From: a virus
Taxonomy: Duplodnaviria > Caudoviricetes
DNA length: 64,000 nt
Direction: 5' to 3' (one strand)
Virus record (IMG/VR): IMGVR_UViG_3300048893_000079
Location: 1 to 64,000 of that record
The position numbers were made by a program, and so were the translations under genes. Shown here one piece after another: positions 1 to 9,397 of the stretch. Below the pieces are notes generated by a model that saw only the letters and a program-made list of their open reading frames with translations, was not told the DNA's origin and searched no databases. The number at the start of each line of letters is the position of its first letter. Position 1 is the first letter of the stretch.

Positions 1-137
1 GCAACGCTCTTGCTCTTCGGCGTGTACTGGCTCACGTCAGAACACGCACAGAATGAGAATGAACGCTATGACGGCGTAGAACATCACGTGATGCTCGGTT
101 GGTGCTTTCACTTTACGGCTCCTTCTTCTGCGACGGC

Positions 138-317
138 TCACGATTCGTCTCCTTCGGTGTAAATCCCATTGTCGAAAGCGGACATGCTCATGTTCATGGC
201 CGCATCGACACTCACTGTGCGCGGAAACGTGTCCGCCTTCGCGTTATAGAATGAACTCCTTCTCGTGCTCGGCGACCGGGGTTTAGGCTTCGGCTTCGAG
301 CAGATGAAGTTCAGCAT
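138..317 (-). CDS. hypothetical protein (start uncertain)
   Basis: 3' part of track ORF 138..575; same orientation as neighbours. Confidence 0.3.
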   Translation of the reverse strand: MLNFICSKPKPKPRSPSTRRSSFYNAKADTFPRTVSVDAAMNMSMSAFDNGIYTEGDES

Positions 318-399
318 TTGGCGTTCCAGCAACGACGGCTTGCTCTTACGCCTGCCGTAGTGACGGCTCGGCGTGATCGGCGGCGCGCGGAGAACGCGT

Positions 400-708
400 T
401 CAACCACGGCGGAACACCGCATTGGCTTCCTGTGCGCGCTCGCGCTCCATCTGGCGCTCCTCGGCGACGGCCTCGTCCATCGTCGGATCGGTGGCCTTGA
501 TCTCTGTGATCGGCTCGCCGCTCTCGAACGGAATGCAGATCGCGCGCATATCACGGCCACGCTGGAAGCCGCCAACTATGACCTCGGCCATCAGCTTGCG
601 GGCGTGGTGCGGCATGTCCTCGACATCGCAGTCGATGTACGCACTGTCGGCCGACCGGGTTGCTACGCCGTCGATGTCGGTCACGAGAAGTATCAAGTTC
701 ATCTTCAT
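400..708 (-). CDS. hypothetical protein
   Basis: GGAGG RBS before ATG 708 (MKMNLILL...). Confidence 0.75.
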   Translation of the reverse strand: MKMNLILLVTDIDGVATRSADSAYIDCDVEDMPHHARKLMAEVIVGGFQRGRDMRAICIPFESGEPITEIKATDPTMDEAVAEERQMERERAQEANAVFRRG

Positions 709-755
709 GTCGTCCTCCGTTGGTGCATGGAATTTATAGAAATTTTCATGCACCA

Positions 756-792
756 CAACCGCCTTCTGCGGGACTGGTTAACAACCCGTTAC
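756..792 (-). promoter_or_regulatory. CtrA-like box (GTAA-N7-TTAACC) followed after 17 nt by TTG; upstream of gene at 708
   Basis: plus strand TTAAcaacccgTTAC 778-792; CAA at 756-758; same geometry at 4065-4101 and 9769-9805. Confidence 0.6.
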
Positions 793-935
793 CGGGCGCT
801 GCCGTCCTTGTCCGTGATCGTGATGAAGCCCGGACCGCTCGTCGGCCAGAACCCAAGCTTGCGGATCGAAATCCACACGCGACCGAACTGCCAGTCGTAA
901 CTTGTTGCACCGTGCTGGCACCAAACGAATATCAC
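789..935 (-). CDS. small hypothetical protein (48 aa)
   Basis: hand translation MIFVWCQHGATSYDWQFGRVW...; GTGA overlap with upstream stop. Confidence 0.55.
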   Translation of the reverse strand: MIFVWCQHGATSYDWQFGRVWISIRKLGFWPTSGPGFITITDKDGSAR

Positions 936-1111
936 TTCTCGAACTCCTCGTGGTGTAGGTTCATGATCTTCGCGACGGCGAGCGCGGCCTGATCGCCGTT
1001 GACGACCGCCGGATGGACCACCACGACCGGGAACGACTTCACTGCGGCCTTGTAGCCGTCAGCTTCGTTCGGGATCGCCCAGACCGTCCGACCTTTGGCC
1101 AGGAACTTCAT
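932..1111 (-). CDS. small hypothetical protein (59 aa)
   Basis: hand translation MKFLAKGRTVWAIPNE...; ATGA overlap. Confidence 0.65.
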   Translation of the reverse strand: MKFLAKGRTVWAIPNEADGYKAAVKSFPVVVVHPAVVNGDQAALAVAKIMNLHHEEFEK

Positions 1112-1314
1112 GCCACGGTCCTCGCCTTGACGCCGCGATACGACGCGAGGTTCACGACCTTGCCTTCTGCTTCCGCATTGGCGATGGCCACCTTGAGACC
1201 GCGCTCGGCGCGATACTCGGCTTCCGTGCGCGTCTGCAAAGACGCATTGAACACGTAGTCCGCGATGTCTGTGCGGCGGCGCTTAGGCTGCTGCAACTTT
1301 TCCGATGTATCCAA
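1108..1314 (-). CDS. hypothetical protein
   Basis: track ORF, TTG start with GAAGGAA RBS. Confidence 0.6.
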   Translation of the reverse strand: MDTSEKLQQPKRRRTDIADYVFNASLQTRTEAEYRAERGLKVAIANAEAEGKVVNLASYRGVKARTVA

Positions 1315-1732
1315 AGGTCCGTTTCCTTCTTCCTGTGCTGACGTTGCTGCAACTCGGCGGCGGGGTGAGCGGGCGAAGCTCGTTCAATGCGCCCAGTACG
1401 GGTCCAAGGTCCACAACGGCCATCTCGAACACTTGCTCGACATCCGCGCCGGAATTCCTGAACCACGCACGTGCGTTGTTCACGGTCTTCTCGTACCGCT
1501 TGTAGCGATAGTATTCCATGCCGTCGTACACCGTGGTCGTCTCCGGCGTGATTCCGAATGCATCGAGCACCATTCGTGCGGCGACTTCACGCCACAACAT
1601 TTGCTCGGTGCTCTTCGCTCGGCCTACCGACCGGAGGAACGGCGTCTTCACGTCCTCCGGCAAGCTCTCGTGCCGCGCAATGATCTCAACGGCGAGGCTC
1701 GTCACCGTCTTCGTGGTGTTGTCCGCGCGCAT
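1283..1732 (-). CDS. hypothetical protein, C-terminus ...KVAAA
   Basis: track ORF, overlaps stop of upstream gene. Confidence 0.7.
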   Translation of the reverse strand: MRADNTTKTVTSLAVEIIARHESLPEDVKTPFLRSVGRAKSTEQMLWREVAARMVLDAFGITPETTTVYDGMEYYRYKRYEKTVNNARAWFRNSGADVEQVFEMAVVDLGPVLGALNELRPLTPPPSCSNVSTGRRKRTFGYIGKVAAA

Positions 1733-2631
1733 CAGAAGCGCCCGCCAGCCGGACGCACGCTGCTCCAGTCGAGGCGAAGATCATGATCGCCGTAGTACGT
1801 GTGCGCACCGTCCAGCTTGACGATGTTGCGCGGCGTTGCGTCCACGAAGTACGCCACGTGCTGGAGGCCGTCCACCTTGATGTAGAACTTGCGGTGCATC
1901 TCCCGCCAGAAGTTGATAGCGTTCTCACGCTGCGCCTCGTCGGCAGTCCTGCCGCCCTTCATCTCGCGGATGATCTTGGCACTCGCTTCGTTGCGCTTCA
2001 CGATGCTCGCGCTGAACGAGTATTTACCGTGGTATCGCTCCGTCGTCTCTTTGGCTCGCGCCTTGGCCGCGCGCTCGTCGAACAGGACCGCGACTTCTTC
2101 GAGCACGCTATCGCGGATGGCGTCACGCTCTTGCGGCAACAGGATCGGCTCGCTCGGCGGAACGTAGTTGCCGTCGCGCATCTCGGTCTTCGGTATGATG
2201 GCCTCGGCGTTGCCCGCGAAGTTCATTGCATTCGAGAATTTGAATTCGCCGCCGTCGGCCATGAATTTATCGTACCAGCGCGGCTTGCCATTGCTGTACG
2301 CGTAGTCGATGCCGATCATGTGCGGGGTGCCCTTGGTCACGTCGATTCGGTTGGTCTTCTCGCTGATCTCCTCGCCGATGATCTTCGCGTCAAGCTCCTT
2401 GATCCAGTTCGCAACGCCGTACTTGTTGCGCAGGATGATGAAGTTCGCGAATTGGTCGCTCGTGCAGACGATGGCGAACTTGTCCACCTTGTTTGCGTGG
2501 TCCATCAAATAGCTGCTCTTCAAGCGGAACGACTCCCACAGAACCTTGAAGAAGTTCTCGTCCGCCGTACTGAGCCCGAACGTGGCGCGTGGTACACGCG
2601 TCGCCGGGATGCTGAACATGATGTTTTTCAT
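1732..2631 (-). CDS. hypothetical protein (299 aa)
   Basis: long ORF, AAGGAG RBS, typical codon usage. Confidence 0.85.
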   Translation of the reverse strand: MKNIMFSIPATRVPRATFGLSTADENFFKVLWESFRLKSSYLMDHANKVDKFAIVCTSDQFANFIILRNKYGVANWIKELDAKIIGEEISEKTNRIDVTKGTPHMIGIDYAYSNGKPRWYDKFMADGGEFKFSNAMNFAGNAEAIIPKTEMRDGNYVPPSEPILLPQERDAIRDSVLEEVAVLFDERAAKARAKETTERYHGKYSFSASIVKRNEASAKIIREMKGGRTADEAQRENAINFWREMHRKFYIKVDGLQHVAYFVDATPRNIVKLDGAHTYYGDHDLRLDWSSVRPAGGRF

Positions 2632-2792
2632 CGACCGTACTCCTTTGTGAGTTCTTCCAGCTTCGCGATCTCGGCGGCCTTGGCCTCCTGCGAGCGCGGG
2701 AATTGTTTGACACGCGCATCAACGCGACCGCTGTGTCCCTTGCGCATGCGCTCCAACGCGCCCTTGCGCTTGTCCTTCTTCGATAACGGCAT
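2628..2792 (-). CDS. small basic protein (54 aa)
   Basis: hand translation MPLSKKDKRKGALERMRKG...; AGGAG RBS; ATGA overlap. Confidence 0.65.
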   Translation of the reverse strand: MPLSKKDKRKGALERMRKGHSGRVDARVKQFPRSQEAKAAEIAKLEELTKEYGR

Positions 2793-2854
2793 GTCGTGCT
2801 CCTAGAATAGAACGTAAATGAAAACGAAGACGAATGCGAAGACGTTGACCGGCG

Positions 2855-3136
2855 TCATACGAAGCCACCGATCTCGGCGCAGTTGCATTCACCACGCGGC
2901 TTCTTTGTCGAATTGCATCCGATGTAGTGACGCGCCGGGTCTTGCGGCAACGTCGTTCCGCGTAGTTTGCACTTCCAGCGTGCGAGGCGCGCGGCGCGCT
3001 TGATGAAGTCCGGCGGGTCTTCGCCGTCGCCTTCGCCCCAGTACGCGTCCAGCATCTCGCGGAGGCTGGCAACCAGTGCGCGCTTCTCGGCGAGCACGCG
3101 GGCGTAGTGATTGCGCTGTGCGGTCGGCTTCTTCAC
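2855..3136 (-). CDS. hypothetical protein with Cys/His-rich C-terminus
   Basis: GTGA overlap start, GAAGGAG RBS. Confidence 0.6.
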   Translation of the reverse strand: MKKPTAQRNHYARVLAEKRALVASLREMLDAYWGEGDGEDPPDFIKRAARLARWKCKLRGTTLPQDPARHYIGCNSTKKPRGECNCAEIGGFV

Positions 3137-3444
3137 GTGGTCTTCTCCTTCGGCGGTTCCGTGCCCTTGATCCAGAAGCCGGTGTACGACCGGTCCTTGT
3201 TGGTCAATTGCCCTTCGAGGAAGTGCTGACCTTGGTCGCACCGAATGAAAAGACGCATCCGGCTATTCATTGGCGTCTTGACCGTGCCATCTGATCGGAG
3301 GTTGAAGTGCGTCATGTCCGAGGTATCGCGCTGCACAGTGCGGACCGCATGGTCCTTGAGACACGTGAAGCCACCATCGCACACAAGCTTCGTGCCGACA
3401 TTGACCTTGCGAACCGGGACGAGCGCCCATCTAGGCTTCGACAT
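3133..3444 (-). CDS. hypothetical protein
   Basis: MSKPRWALVPVRKV...; GGGAG RBS. Confidence 0.7.
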   Translation of the reverse strand: MSKPRWALVPVRKVNVGTKLVCDGGFTCLKDHAVRTVQRDTSDMTHFNLRSDGTVKTPMNSRMRLFIRCDQGQHFLEGQLTNKDRSYTGFWIKGTEPPKEKTT

Positions 3445-3769
3445 TGGCGTATTCTCCCTGCTTGTTGCGGACGAAGGCGCGGATGCTCGCGGCCAGATCG
3501 GCAGGCGCGATGTTGTACCCGCCAAACAAATCGACCGCGTGTCCCTGCTTGATGCCGAAGCACTTGGCCACGGCGTCGAAGTGATGCGTGCGCCCGTACT
3601 CCACGTCGGTGTCGAACGTCACCGGGTCAACCCAAAGCGTGAGCCCCTTGATGACGCCCGCAGCGGCGAGGCGGCCAATTGCGCACGTGTTCCAATGCCG
3701 CATGTTGAGTTGTGCTTCGTCCAGCTTCTCGATGAAGTCGGCGGCGGCGAATAGCTTCTTGGAATTCAT
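3431..3769 (-). CDS. hypothetical protein
   Basis: MNSKKLFAAADF...; ATGA overlap. Confidence 0.7.
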   Translation of the reverse strand: MNSKKLFAAADFIEKLDEAQLNMRHWNTCAIGRLAAAGVIKGLTLWVDPVTFDTDVEYGRTHHFDAVAKCFGIKQGHAVDLFGGYNIAPADLAASIRAFVRNKQGEYANVEA

Positions 3770-4017
3770 AGCGGCAACTCCATGCGGTTGAACGCGAAGC
3801 GTACGTGCGCGATCAAGTTGTTCGCCTGCTGCAACGCATCCCGCGCTGCAAACTCGGCCTCCGCTACGTCGGTCGCCGTGCCGTTGCGCTGTGCCATGCG
3901 TATGTTGTACGCGGCTGTAGTCGCGAGCCACTGCGCTCGACTAAGGTTCATGAGAATGCCGCCCAGTTCGTGGGCTGCGCTCTCAACGCGATTGTGAATG
4001 TTCTTCTCTGCCATCAT
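3766..4017 (-). CDS. hypothetical helical protein
   Basis: GGAGG RBS; first gene after intergenic promoter. Confidence 0.75.
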   Translation of the reverse strand: MMAEKNIHNRVESAAHELGGILMNLSRAQWLATTAAYNIRMAQRNGTATDVAEAEFAARDALQQANNLIAHVRFAFNRMELPL

Positions 4018-4064
4018 GGCCTCCGTGTTGTGCGCCCATCTGTGCGCCTATCTGGTTTCGAATG

Positions 4065-4101
4065 CAAGCTCAATCCTGGAGCTTGGTTAATATCTGGTTA
4101 C
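4065..4101 (-). promoter_or_regulatory. CtrA-like box (GTAA-N7-TTAACC) + N17 + TTG
   Basis: plus strand TTAAtatctggTTAC 4087-4101; CAA 4065-4067. Confidence 0.6.
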
Positions 4102-4445
4102 TCCACGCGTGACAGGCTGATCGTCACGTTGCGAAGCAAGTCCGTGAACCGCTTGCTCACGTCGGGCTCCTTGTCGCATGACGCTATGAAGCATTCGACT
4201 GCGAGATGCAAGTCTCTCAACTCGGACCGGTGAATGAAGCAGCGGATCAACGGATCGTCCGGCGTGCTCATGCGGTCCGGCAGGCTCGCCACAAGCTCGG
4301 CGTTGATGTCGGCGAGCGCGCCCTCGGCCTCGCGCTTCAAGTCCTGCTTGCCGTCAAGCGCCAGCTTGATGATCCGCTCCATCAACGCCTCGCGTGCCAG
4401 TGTGATCGTGCTCGCCTTCTGAAAGTGAAACCAGCGTTCGCTCAT
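4098..4445 (-). CDS. hypothetical protein
   Basis: track ORF, GGAG RBS. Confidence 0.75.
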   Translation of the reverse strand: MSERWFHFQKASTITLAREALMERIIKLALDGKQDLKREAEGALADINAELVASLPDRMSTPDDPLIRCFIHRSELRDLHLAVECFIASCDKEPDVSKRFTDLLRNVTISLSRVE

Positions 4446-4741
4446 AGTTCGTACTCCGTTGTGGTTTTGAAACTCAGCCCGTCAGCCGGGCAATACTCTC
4501 TGCCGTCCTCGCGCGTCGCTGTCCTCGTCCCACAACGCGGGCACGTGAACGGTTGGTCGCCTGTGATGTACTCGCCGCCTTCCAGATCGGTCTTGATCTT
4601 CGTCCAATCACGCTCCGGCATTGCGATGGTCGCATTGTGCATCTTCTGAAACGTGAAGACCTCTTTCGCCTCGAACACGATTTCGTAATGCTCGCGCCCG
4701 CGCTCGATGAAGACGTACTCCGTGCCGTTGTCCTTGCTCAT
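4442..4741 (-). CDS. hypothetical protein with Zn-ribbon-like CxxC...CxxD
   Basis: CPRCG...YCPADG; ATGA overlap. Confidence 0.7.
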   Translation of the reverse strand: MSKDNGTEYVFIERGREHYEIVFEAKEVFTFQKMHNATIAMPERDWTKIKTDLEGGEYITGDQPFTCPRCGTRTATREDGREYCPADGLSFKTTTEYEL

Positions 4742-4968
4742 GCGATCACCTTGGGTTCGGTTTCGGAAACGATTACCAGCCGCGCGCCACACGGCAGGAT
4801 CGGCTCGTGCGGAGAGTAGATCATGCGAGACCCGGCAGGAAGCTCGACCTCGAACGCCTGCGTTGCCTTGCCGGTCTTCCCGCGCTTGATCGTGATCGGC
4901 GGCGCGTTCTCGTGGCGCTTCCGATTGCGGTCAATGATCCCGCGATTGACGTGCGTGTAGAATGTCAT
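4738..4968 (-). CDS. conserved phage hypothetical protein
   Basis: HVN...PITIK...YSP.EP.L.CGAR motif recalled from many phage small proteins. Confidence 0.8.
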   Translation of the reverse strand: MTFYTHVNRGIIDRNRKRHENAPPITIKRGKTGKATQAFEVELPAGSRMIYSPHEPILPCGARLVIVSETEPKVIA

Positions 4969-5007
4969 TGATCGTCTTCCCAGTCGCGCGCCAGATCGTT
5001 GCGTGGT

Positions 5008-5262
5008 TCACTCGACATCTTCGCCGTCCTTCTCCGTGAGCACGTGCTCGCCGTCGAATGCGAGGATCACGTCAATGCTCTCGTTGTTCACTTCGTCGTT
5101 GACGGTCACTTGCGCGCCGTCCATGCTGTCCACGATCTTCAACGCCTCGGCGCGCGTCTTCGCCCTCACCGTCACGCTGAAAAACGCTTTCACGTCGAAA
5201 GTGTATGTGTGCTCGGCGTCCGGTTTCGGCGCGAGCCCACTGATTGCGTTCAAGTCATTCAT
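5008..5262 (-). CDS. hypothetical protein
   Basis: GAGG RBS, ATGA overlap. Confidence 0.65.
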   Translation of the reverse strand: MNDLNAISGLAPKPDAEHTYTFDVKAFFSVTVRAKTRAEALKIVDSMDGAQVTVNDEVNNESIDVILAFDGEHVLTEKDGEDVE

Positions 5263-5561
5263 ACCTTTGCCTCCTCTACAACGTCGGAAAGCCAAACCGC
5301 TCTCCACTTCCAACAATTGAACATGATCGTCTTGCAGCCGTGTCGCGGCTTGTCCGAATAGAACCACGGCCAGTGTCCGCATGCCTCCGTTGACGGTCCA
5401 AACCACGTGCGGCCATTGTCCGCGTAGTCCGGGTCATACTGTACCTCGGCGCGATATGCAACCACGTCGAACGGGCGGCGGCCTTTGTAGCTCGCACTCG
5501 TCCGCACGTCCGTGGTCGGCTCGCGGCGCAAGTAGATCGGCAGTAAGTTTGCAGTCTTCAC
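5259..5561 (-). CDS. hypothetical protein
   Basis: GTGA overlap with upstream stop. Confidence 0.65.
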   Translation of the reverse strand: MKTANLLPIYLRREPTTDVRTSASYKGRRPFDVVAYRAEVQYDPDYADNGRTWFGPSTEACGHWPWFYSDKPRHGCKTIMFNCWKWRAVWLSDVVEEAKV

Positions 5562-6049
5562 AACGCGATCTCCGTTGCCGTGACCGTTGTCGCGGCCTTC
5601 AACGTGCCGTCTTCTTGCACGATGAAGTAGACGTAGCTCTGCTTGTCGAATTCGTAATGATGGTTGCGGCCTATGGACCACGCCTTCGCGTGACCTAATG
5701 TCGGCCAGATATGCGCTACCTCGTGCCGCTCCTTGCGGTACTTGTTCATCGCTAGGATCGTGCCCGGCTTCGGCATGCTCACCACTTCGAACGTCTTGTT
5801 GCTGCCCGCAACGCCGAAGTGCCGATTGATGATAAGCACGGGATCGTCCAGTGTGCGAAGCACGAAACTGTCCTTCGAGTAGTCATGCACGCCGTCACTC
5901 GGCTCCGCACTCATGAAGTACCCCGCGTCGTTGCTGTCCTTCCACGCGCGAAGCTTCTTGTTGAAACGGTCCGGCGGACGCGGTGTCCCGTCCGTGAATT
6001 TTACGTACGCGCCGAATGGCGCGAGCGTGAATAGCTCTTGAGCGTTCAT
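5558..6049 (-). CDS. hypothetical protein
   Basis: GGAGG RBS, 163 aa. Confidence 0.8.
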   Translation of the reverse strand: MNAQELFTLAPFGAYVKFTDGTPRPPDRFNKKLRAWKDSNDAGYFMSAEPSDGVHDYSKDSFVLRTLDDPVLIINRHFGVAGSNKTFEVVSMPKPGTILAMNKYRKERHEVAHIWPTLGHAKAWSIGRNHHYEFDKQSYVYFIVQEDGTLKAATTVTATEIAL

Positions 6050-6237
6050 TTCTTTCCTCCAAGAATTAGCCCGTCAGCCTTGACGCGCCAGATTGAACCG
6101 ATGCCGTCCGTTGTCGGGCGGTCATACTCTACCGGCCAGCCCGCAGGCGCACCGAAAAACTTGCGCGCCGCTTCGGTGGACCGGGCTTCAACGTAAAGCC
6201 ACGGCTCCGGCGTGAACTCGATGTCGTTGCCGCTCAC
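6046..6237 (-). CDS. small hypothetical protein
   Basis: GTGA overlap start (MSGNDIEF...). Confidence 0.6.
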   Translation of the reverse strand: MSGNDIEFTPEPWLYVEARSTEAARKFFGAPAGWPVEYDRPTTDGIGSIWRVKADGLILGGKK

Positions 6238-6500
6238 GCCCAGTCTCCGTACTTGAACTTCGGATGCTTCACCACAACCGGCGCTCCCAGTACGTCGCGT
6301 CGTTCGTCGTACGCGTGAAAGACGGCTTGAACCATCGCGAGGTTCATCCCGTGCTCGAAGGCAACTATAACGCCGTCGCACGGGTACTTGATGTACGGGT
6401 TATCGCTTTCCAGCAGCGTGACCGGCAACGCGAAACCGCTCCTCGGCCTGAGTTGATGCGTGGCCAAGCTATCGAAGTAGTCCAGTGTGTGCAAGCTCAT
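6234..6500 (-). CDS. hypothetical protein
   Basis: AGGAG RBS. Confidence 0.7.
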   Translation of the reverse strand: MSLHTLDYFDSLATHQLRPRSGFALPVTLLESDNPYIKYPCDGVIVAFEHGMNLAMVQAVFHAYDERRDVLGAPVVVKHPKFKYGDWA

Positions 6501-6730
6501 TTCGCGGCTCCTAGTGCCTTCTGGAGAATTGCCTCGCCTGCAATGTTCGCATGATCGTACAGAACCTTGCCGCGCTTCGTAACGCGATAGACCAAAAATT
6601 TGTTCGCCGCTTGGCAGTCCGTCGCGTACGTCACTGCGATCTTCTCGGCGTTGAACGCGGCGATGACTTCGAAGTAGCTATTGTGCGGCCACTTGCACTC
6701 AACGCGGAACGGAACTGGGTTCGTGCTCAC
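6497..6730 (-). CDS. hypothetical protein
   Basis: GTGA overlap start, GAGGAGG RBS. Confidence 0.7.
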   Translation of the reverse strand: MSTNPVPFRVECKWPHNSYFEVIAAFNAEKIAVTYATDCQAANKFLVYRVTKRGKVLYDHANIAGEAILQKALGAAK

Positions 6731-6915
6731 AGGGAATAACCCTCCTCGATCAACGCGCGCCCGATTGGCGGAAACAAATTGCTGTCGATCACGATGCCGT
6801 CGCGACCCCAGTACATGAGATCGTCCGGCAGATTTTCGTCAACCCACTGCTTCGCGCCCTCGTTGAGCGGGGTCAGGATCGTGACGCTACCGTGGTTCGC
6901 TACTGAAAAGTCCAT
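6727..6915 (-). CDS. small hypothetical protein
   Basis: AAGGAG RBS before MDFSVANH. Confidence 0.7.
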   Translation of the reverse strand: MDFSVANHGSVTILTPLNEGAKQWVDENLPDDLMYWGRDGIVIDSNLFPPIGRALIEEGYSL

Positions 6916-6986
6916 GTCCGTTCTCCTTGCTAACGCGACCATCGCAAATGCCGGTGGCCGCGTCTACAGTTTTGTTTGCATGGCTG

Positions 6987-7337
6987 CTATGCAGCCTGTG
7001 CATGCCTCCCACGGACGGCGCGCTCAAGCTCGCGATGAAAGCGTGTCGGAATGCGGTACGATGTCGTCCCGCCCCACGCGTCCGCGAAGAATTCCGGCAA
7101 CGTGCCATCCGCTTCAACGTACGCCCACGCCCGGTCCTCCAGTCCGTCGGTGTCATTACCTTTGTTGATGCAAAGCACCAGCCTGAAATTGTCCGCGCGC
7201 TTCAACGCGGCGCTCAGGCGCTCGTGATGGAATTGGGATAGCTCCGGCGCAAAAGTGTGGTCGATGATGTCCGCATCTTCGCTCTCGAAGCCATCGGTTT
7301 CTTCGATGTCCCATTCATAGTCCGTTCGGTTGCGCAT
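6987..7337 (-). CDS. acidic hypothetical protein, C-terminus ...HAQAA
   Basis: AGGAGG RBS. Confidence 0.75.
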   Translation of the reverse strand: MRNRTDYEWDIEETDGFESEDADIIDHTFAPELSQFHHERLSAALKRADNFRLVLCINKGNDTDGLEDRAWAYVEADGTLPEFFADAWGGTTSYRIPTRFHRELERAVRGRHAQAA

Positions 7338-7340
7338 GGT

Positions 7341-7577
7341 TCATGCCTCCTTGCGGCGTGAAAGCACGTTGACGATTATCGCGCCTTGCATATAGCGCGA
7401 GCGGCCTGACTTATTGGCCATCGCTTGCGCGCCCAGATGCCGGGCAATTTGCGCCAGATCGGCGATGACTTCAATGTCACCGACTTCGAAACCATCCGGC
7501 ACCCACGAGTACCCGTGTTCGCTTTGCGTCTTGCGCGTCAGCGAACGCCGGATGCCTTTTACTACTTCTCTTGCCAC
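7341..7577 (-). CDS. hypothetical protein
   Basis: GGAGG RBS 7 nt before GTG 7577. Confidence 0.65.
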   Translation of the reverse strand: MAREVVKGIRRSLTRKTQSEHGYSWVPDGFEVGDIEVIADLAQIARHLGAQAMANKSGRSRYMQGAIIVNVLSRRKEA

Positions 7578-7674
7578 GTGATGTCCTCCGTTGTTGAAAG
7601 CAGTCTCGCATAATTCGGTGGCCGTGAGAAGACACATTTTGGAATAACAGCCATGCGTGCCGCGCATAGCAAGA

Positions 7675-7703
7675 CGGCCACACCGGGGTTAAGAGTGTGG
7701 CCG
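7675..7703. terminator. inverted repeat CGGCCACAC/GTGTGGCCG with TTAA in loop; possible terminator or operator
   Basis: 9-bp perfect arms in intergenic DNA. Confidence 0.4.
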
Positions 7704-7736
7704 CCTTACGACTTAGGCTGGAGATATTCGTTGGAA

Positions 7737-8120
7737 CTAGACGCGCATGCAGTCCTCCATCGCTAACATCCCCGTTGCAACATTCAGGACCGGGAAATCC
7801 CTGCCGGACGCACCGGCACTTTCAACGCAAATAGCCTCCCACATTTCACGCTCGATTGCCAATGAAAAATTTGCAATGGCGATTTGCGTGAGACGCATGA
7901 CTTCTCGGCGGATTTTTCTTGACAGACGCGGTTGCGATTTTAAGCGCCACTGGCGGGCAGAAAATGCCGTGGCACTGTACTCCAGACCTCGCGCGTTTCG
8001 CCGTGCTGGAGCGTTATAGAATGGTGAATTTCTGTTAAGAGGTTGTGTCGGAACGGCACGGAAAATCTCGCGCCACGTGTCCGGCGGAAAAGTCAAATGA
8101 TTTGTTTGCATGACAGCCAT
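7737..8120 (-). CDS. hypothetical protein, lower GC
   Basis: open frame in same orientation, weak RBS, atypical codons. Confidence 0.35.
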   Translation of the reverse strand: MAVMQTNHLTFPPDTWREIFRAVPTQPLNRNSPFYNAPARRNARGLEYSATAFSARQWRLKSQPRLSRKIRREVMRLTQIAIANFSLAIEREMWEAICVESAGASGRDFPVLNVATGMLAMEDCMRV

Positions 8121-8136
8121 GTCCAGGACGCATAGC

Positions 8137-8931
8137 TCAGATCGGAGCACCGAATTGGCCGGGCTCCCATTTCAACGGGTCAGTAGCGAGCATGCGCTCG
8201 GCGAGCCCGCGAATTCTATCGCACACCGCGTCACCGTCCGCGACGTTGATGTTCTCCGCGATAAGTTTTTCGAACGTCATGCCGTTGTCTTCGTTGCCGT
8301 TGATATGCCAGCTTCGTGACAGGATCGCCGTGTTGCCGTCATCGTTTTCGAAGTGAATGGTAACGAATGTCTTCGGACCTTTGCGCGGCGACCAATTGAA
8401 CACAACGCGATAACCGCTCTCCGGCGCGTCAAGCTTCCACACTTTCGGATCGTACTTCGCAAGGAGATGGTAGAAATTGAGCATGGTGTACTTCTTGCGC
8501 ACGTAATCAGTTTCCGTTTTGACAAGCTCGGCCTTTTCTTTTCGCACTTCGCCGCTCTTGTGGCCGCCGCGCGTTGTTGCTTCCGTTTGCCCGGTCTTGC
8601 GTTTCCCTGCTGACACTGCGGCGCGCTCTTTTAGAACTTCAGCCGGACCGGCGTCCCATGCGCTTTCCGCGCTCTGCAACGCACGCGCCCATGAACGGTC
8701 TTTGTCCGCGTCTTCGAACGCGTCTATGAATTCGAGTTTGCCTTCACCCCAGTAGTCCGTCGCGCGCCAATGCACGTTGTAAACGTCCGGGAAGTTTGGA
8801 ATGCTCGCAATGACAAGCCACGCGCCGCTTTCGTGCTGCCAGCCGCACTCGATTTTGTAAAACAGGATGGCGCGAAGCCCGCTAGTCAACGTGCTCGCCG
8901 CCGCGTTCCTGCGTATCGTGAAGTCTGCCAT
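8137..8931 (-). CDS. hypothetical protein (264 aa)
   Basis: GGAGG RBS before MADFTIRR. Confidence 0.8.
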   Translation of the reverse strand: MADFTIRRNAAASTLTSGLRAILFYKIECGWQHESGAWLVIASIPNFPDVYNVHWRATDYWGEGKLEFIDAFEDADKDRSWARALQSAESAWDAGPAEVLKERAAVSAGKRKTGQTEATTRGGHKSGEVRKEKAELVKTETDYVRKKYTMLNFYHLLAKYDPKVWKLDAPESGYRVVFNWSPRKGPKTFVTIHFENDDGNTAILSRSWHINGNEDNGMTFEKLIAENINVADGDAVCDRIRGLAERMLATDPLKWEPGQFGAPI

Positions 8932-8938
8932 GGGTAGT

Positions 8939-8978
8939 CCTCCGCCCGCCTCTATAGCACGGGCGGAGGCAAATGCAA
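8939..8978 (-). promoter_or_regulatory. sigma70-type promoter TTGCAT-N16-TATAGA with -10 inside a 10-bp inverted repeat
   Basis: arms CCTCCGCCCG 8939-8948 / CGGGCGGAGG 8960-8969. Confidence 0.55.
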
Positions 8979-8980
8979 AG

Positions 8981-9397
8981 CTAACAATAGACCTCTTCGC
9001 CGAAGACAATGCATTGCATGTAAAGGTCCGCCGTCAACGCGTCGTCGTTCTCGTCCATAAGGTCCGCGAAGTGCTTCGGGTACTTGCTGGCGAGCACTTC
9101 AAGCCCGCGCTCGATGTCCGCGCGCTTCAACGTCATGGTCTTCTGGCCGGGGTTGCCGTCGTCGTCTTCCTCGGCGTTCGGATCGTCGTACGTGACCTCG
9201 AACGCAAAATCGCCGTCAACGTACGCCGGAATGCTGTACCATGGATATCCCTTTTCGTCCGGCGTTCGCACGGGCTCACCGCTCAGATTGCGGACCTTGT
9301 TAAGCCATGGCGAATAGCTTCCTTCGAAGCTAGAGCAAAACAAATTTGTGACGCGCTCCGCCGTAACGGTCCGCGTGGTCTTGATGTCAAAAGGCAT
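8981..9397 (-). CDS. hypothetical protein
   Basis: MPFDIKTTRT...; GGAG RBS. Confidence 0.75.
   Translation of the reverse strand: MPFDIKTTRTVTAERVTNLFCSSFEGSYSPWLNKVRNLSGEPVRTPDEKGYPWYSIPAYVDGDFAFEVTYDDPNAEEDDDGNPGQKTMTLKRADIERGLEVLASKYPKHFADLMDENDDALTADLYMQCIVFGEEVYC

Noticed and set aside
7687-7692. GGTTAA at 7687 (also 57701) as a further copy of the CtrA promoter module
   Set aside because: There is no second half-site at N7 and no TTG at 17 nt.
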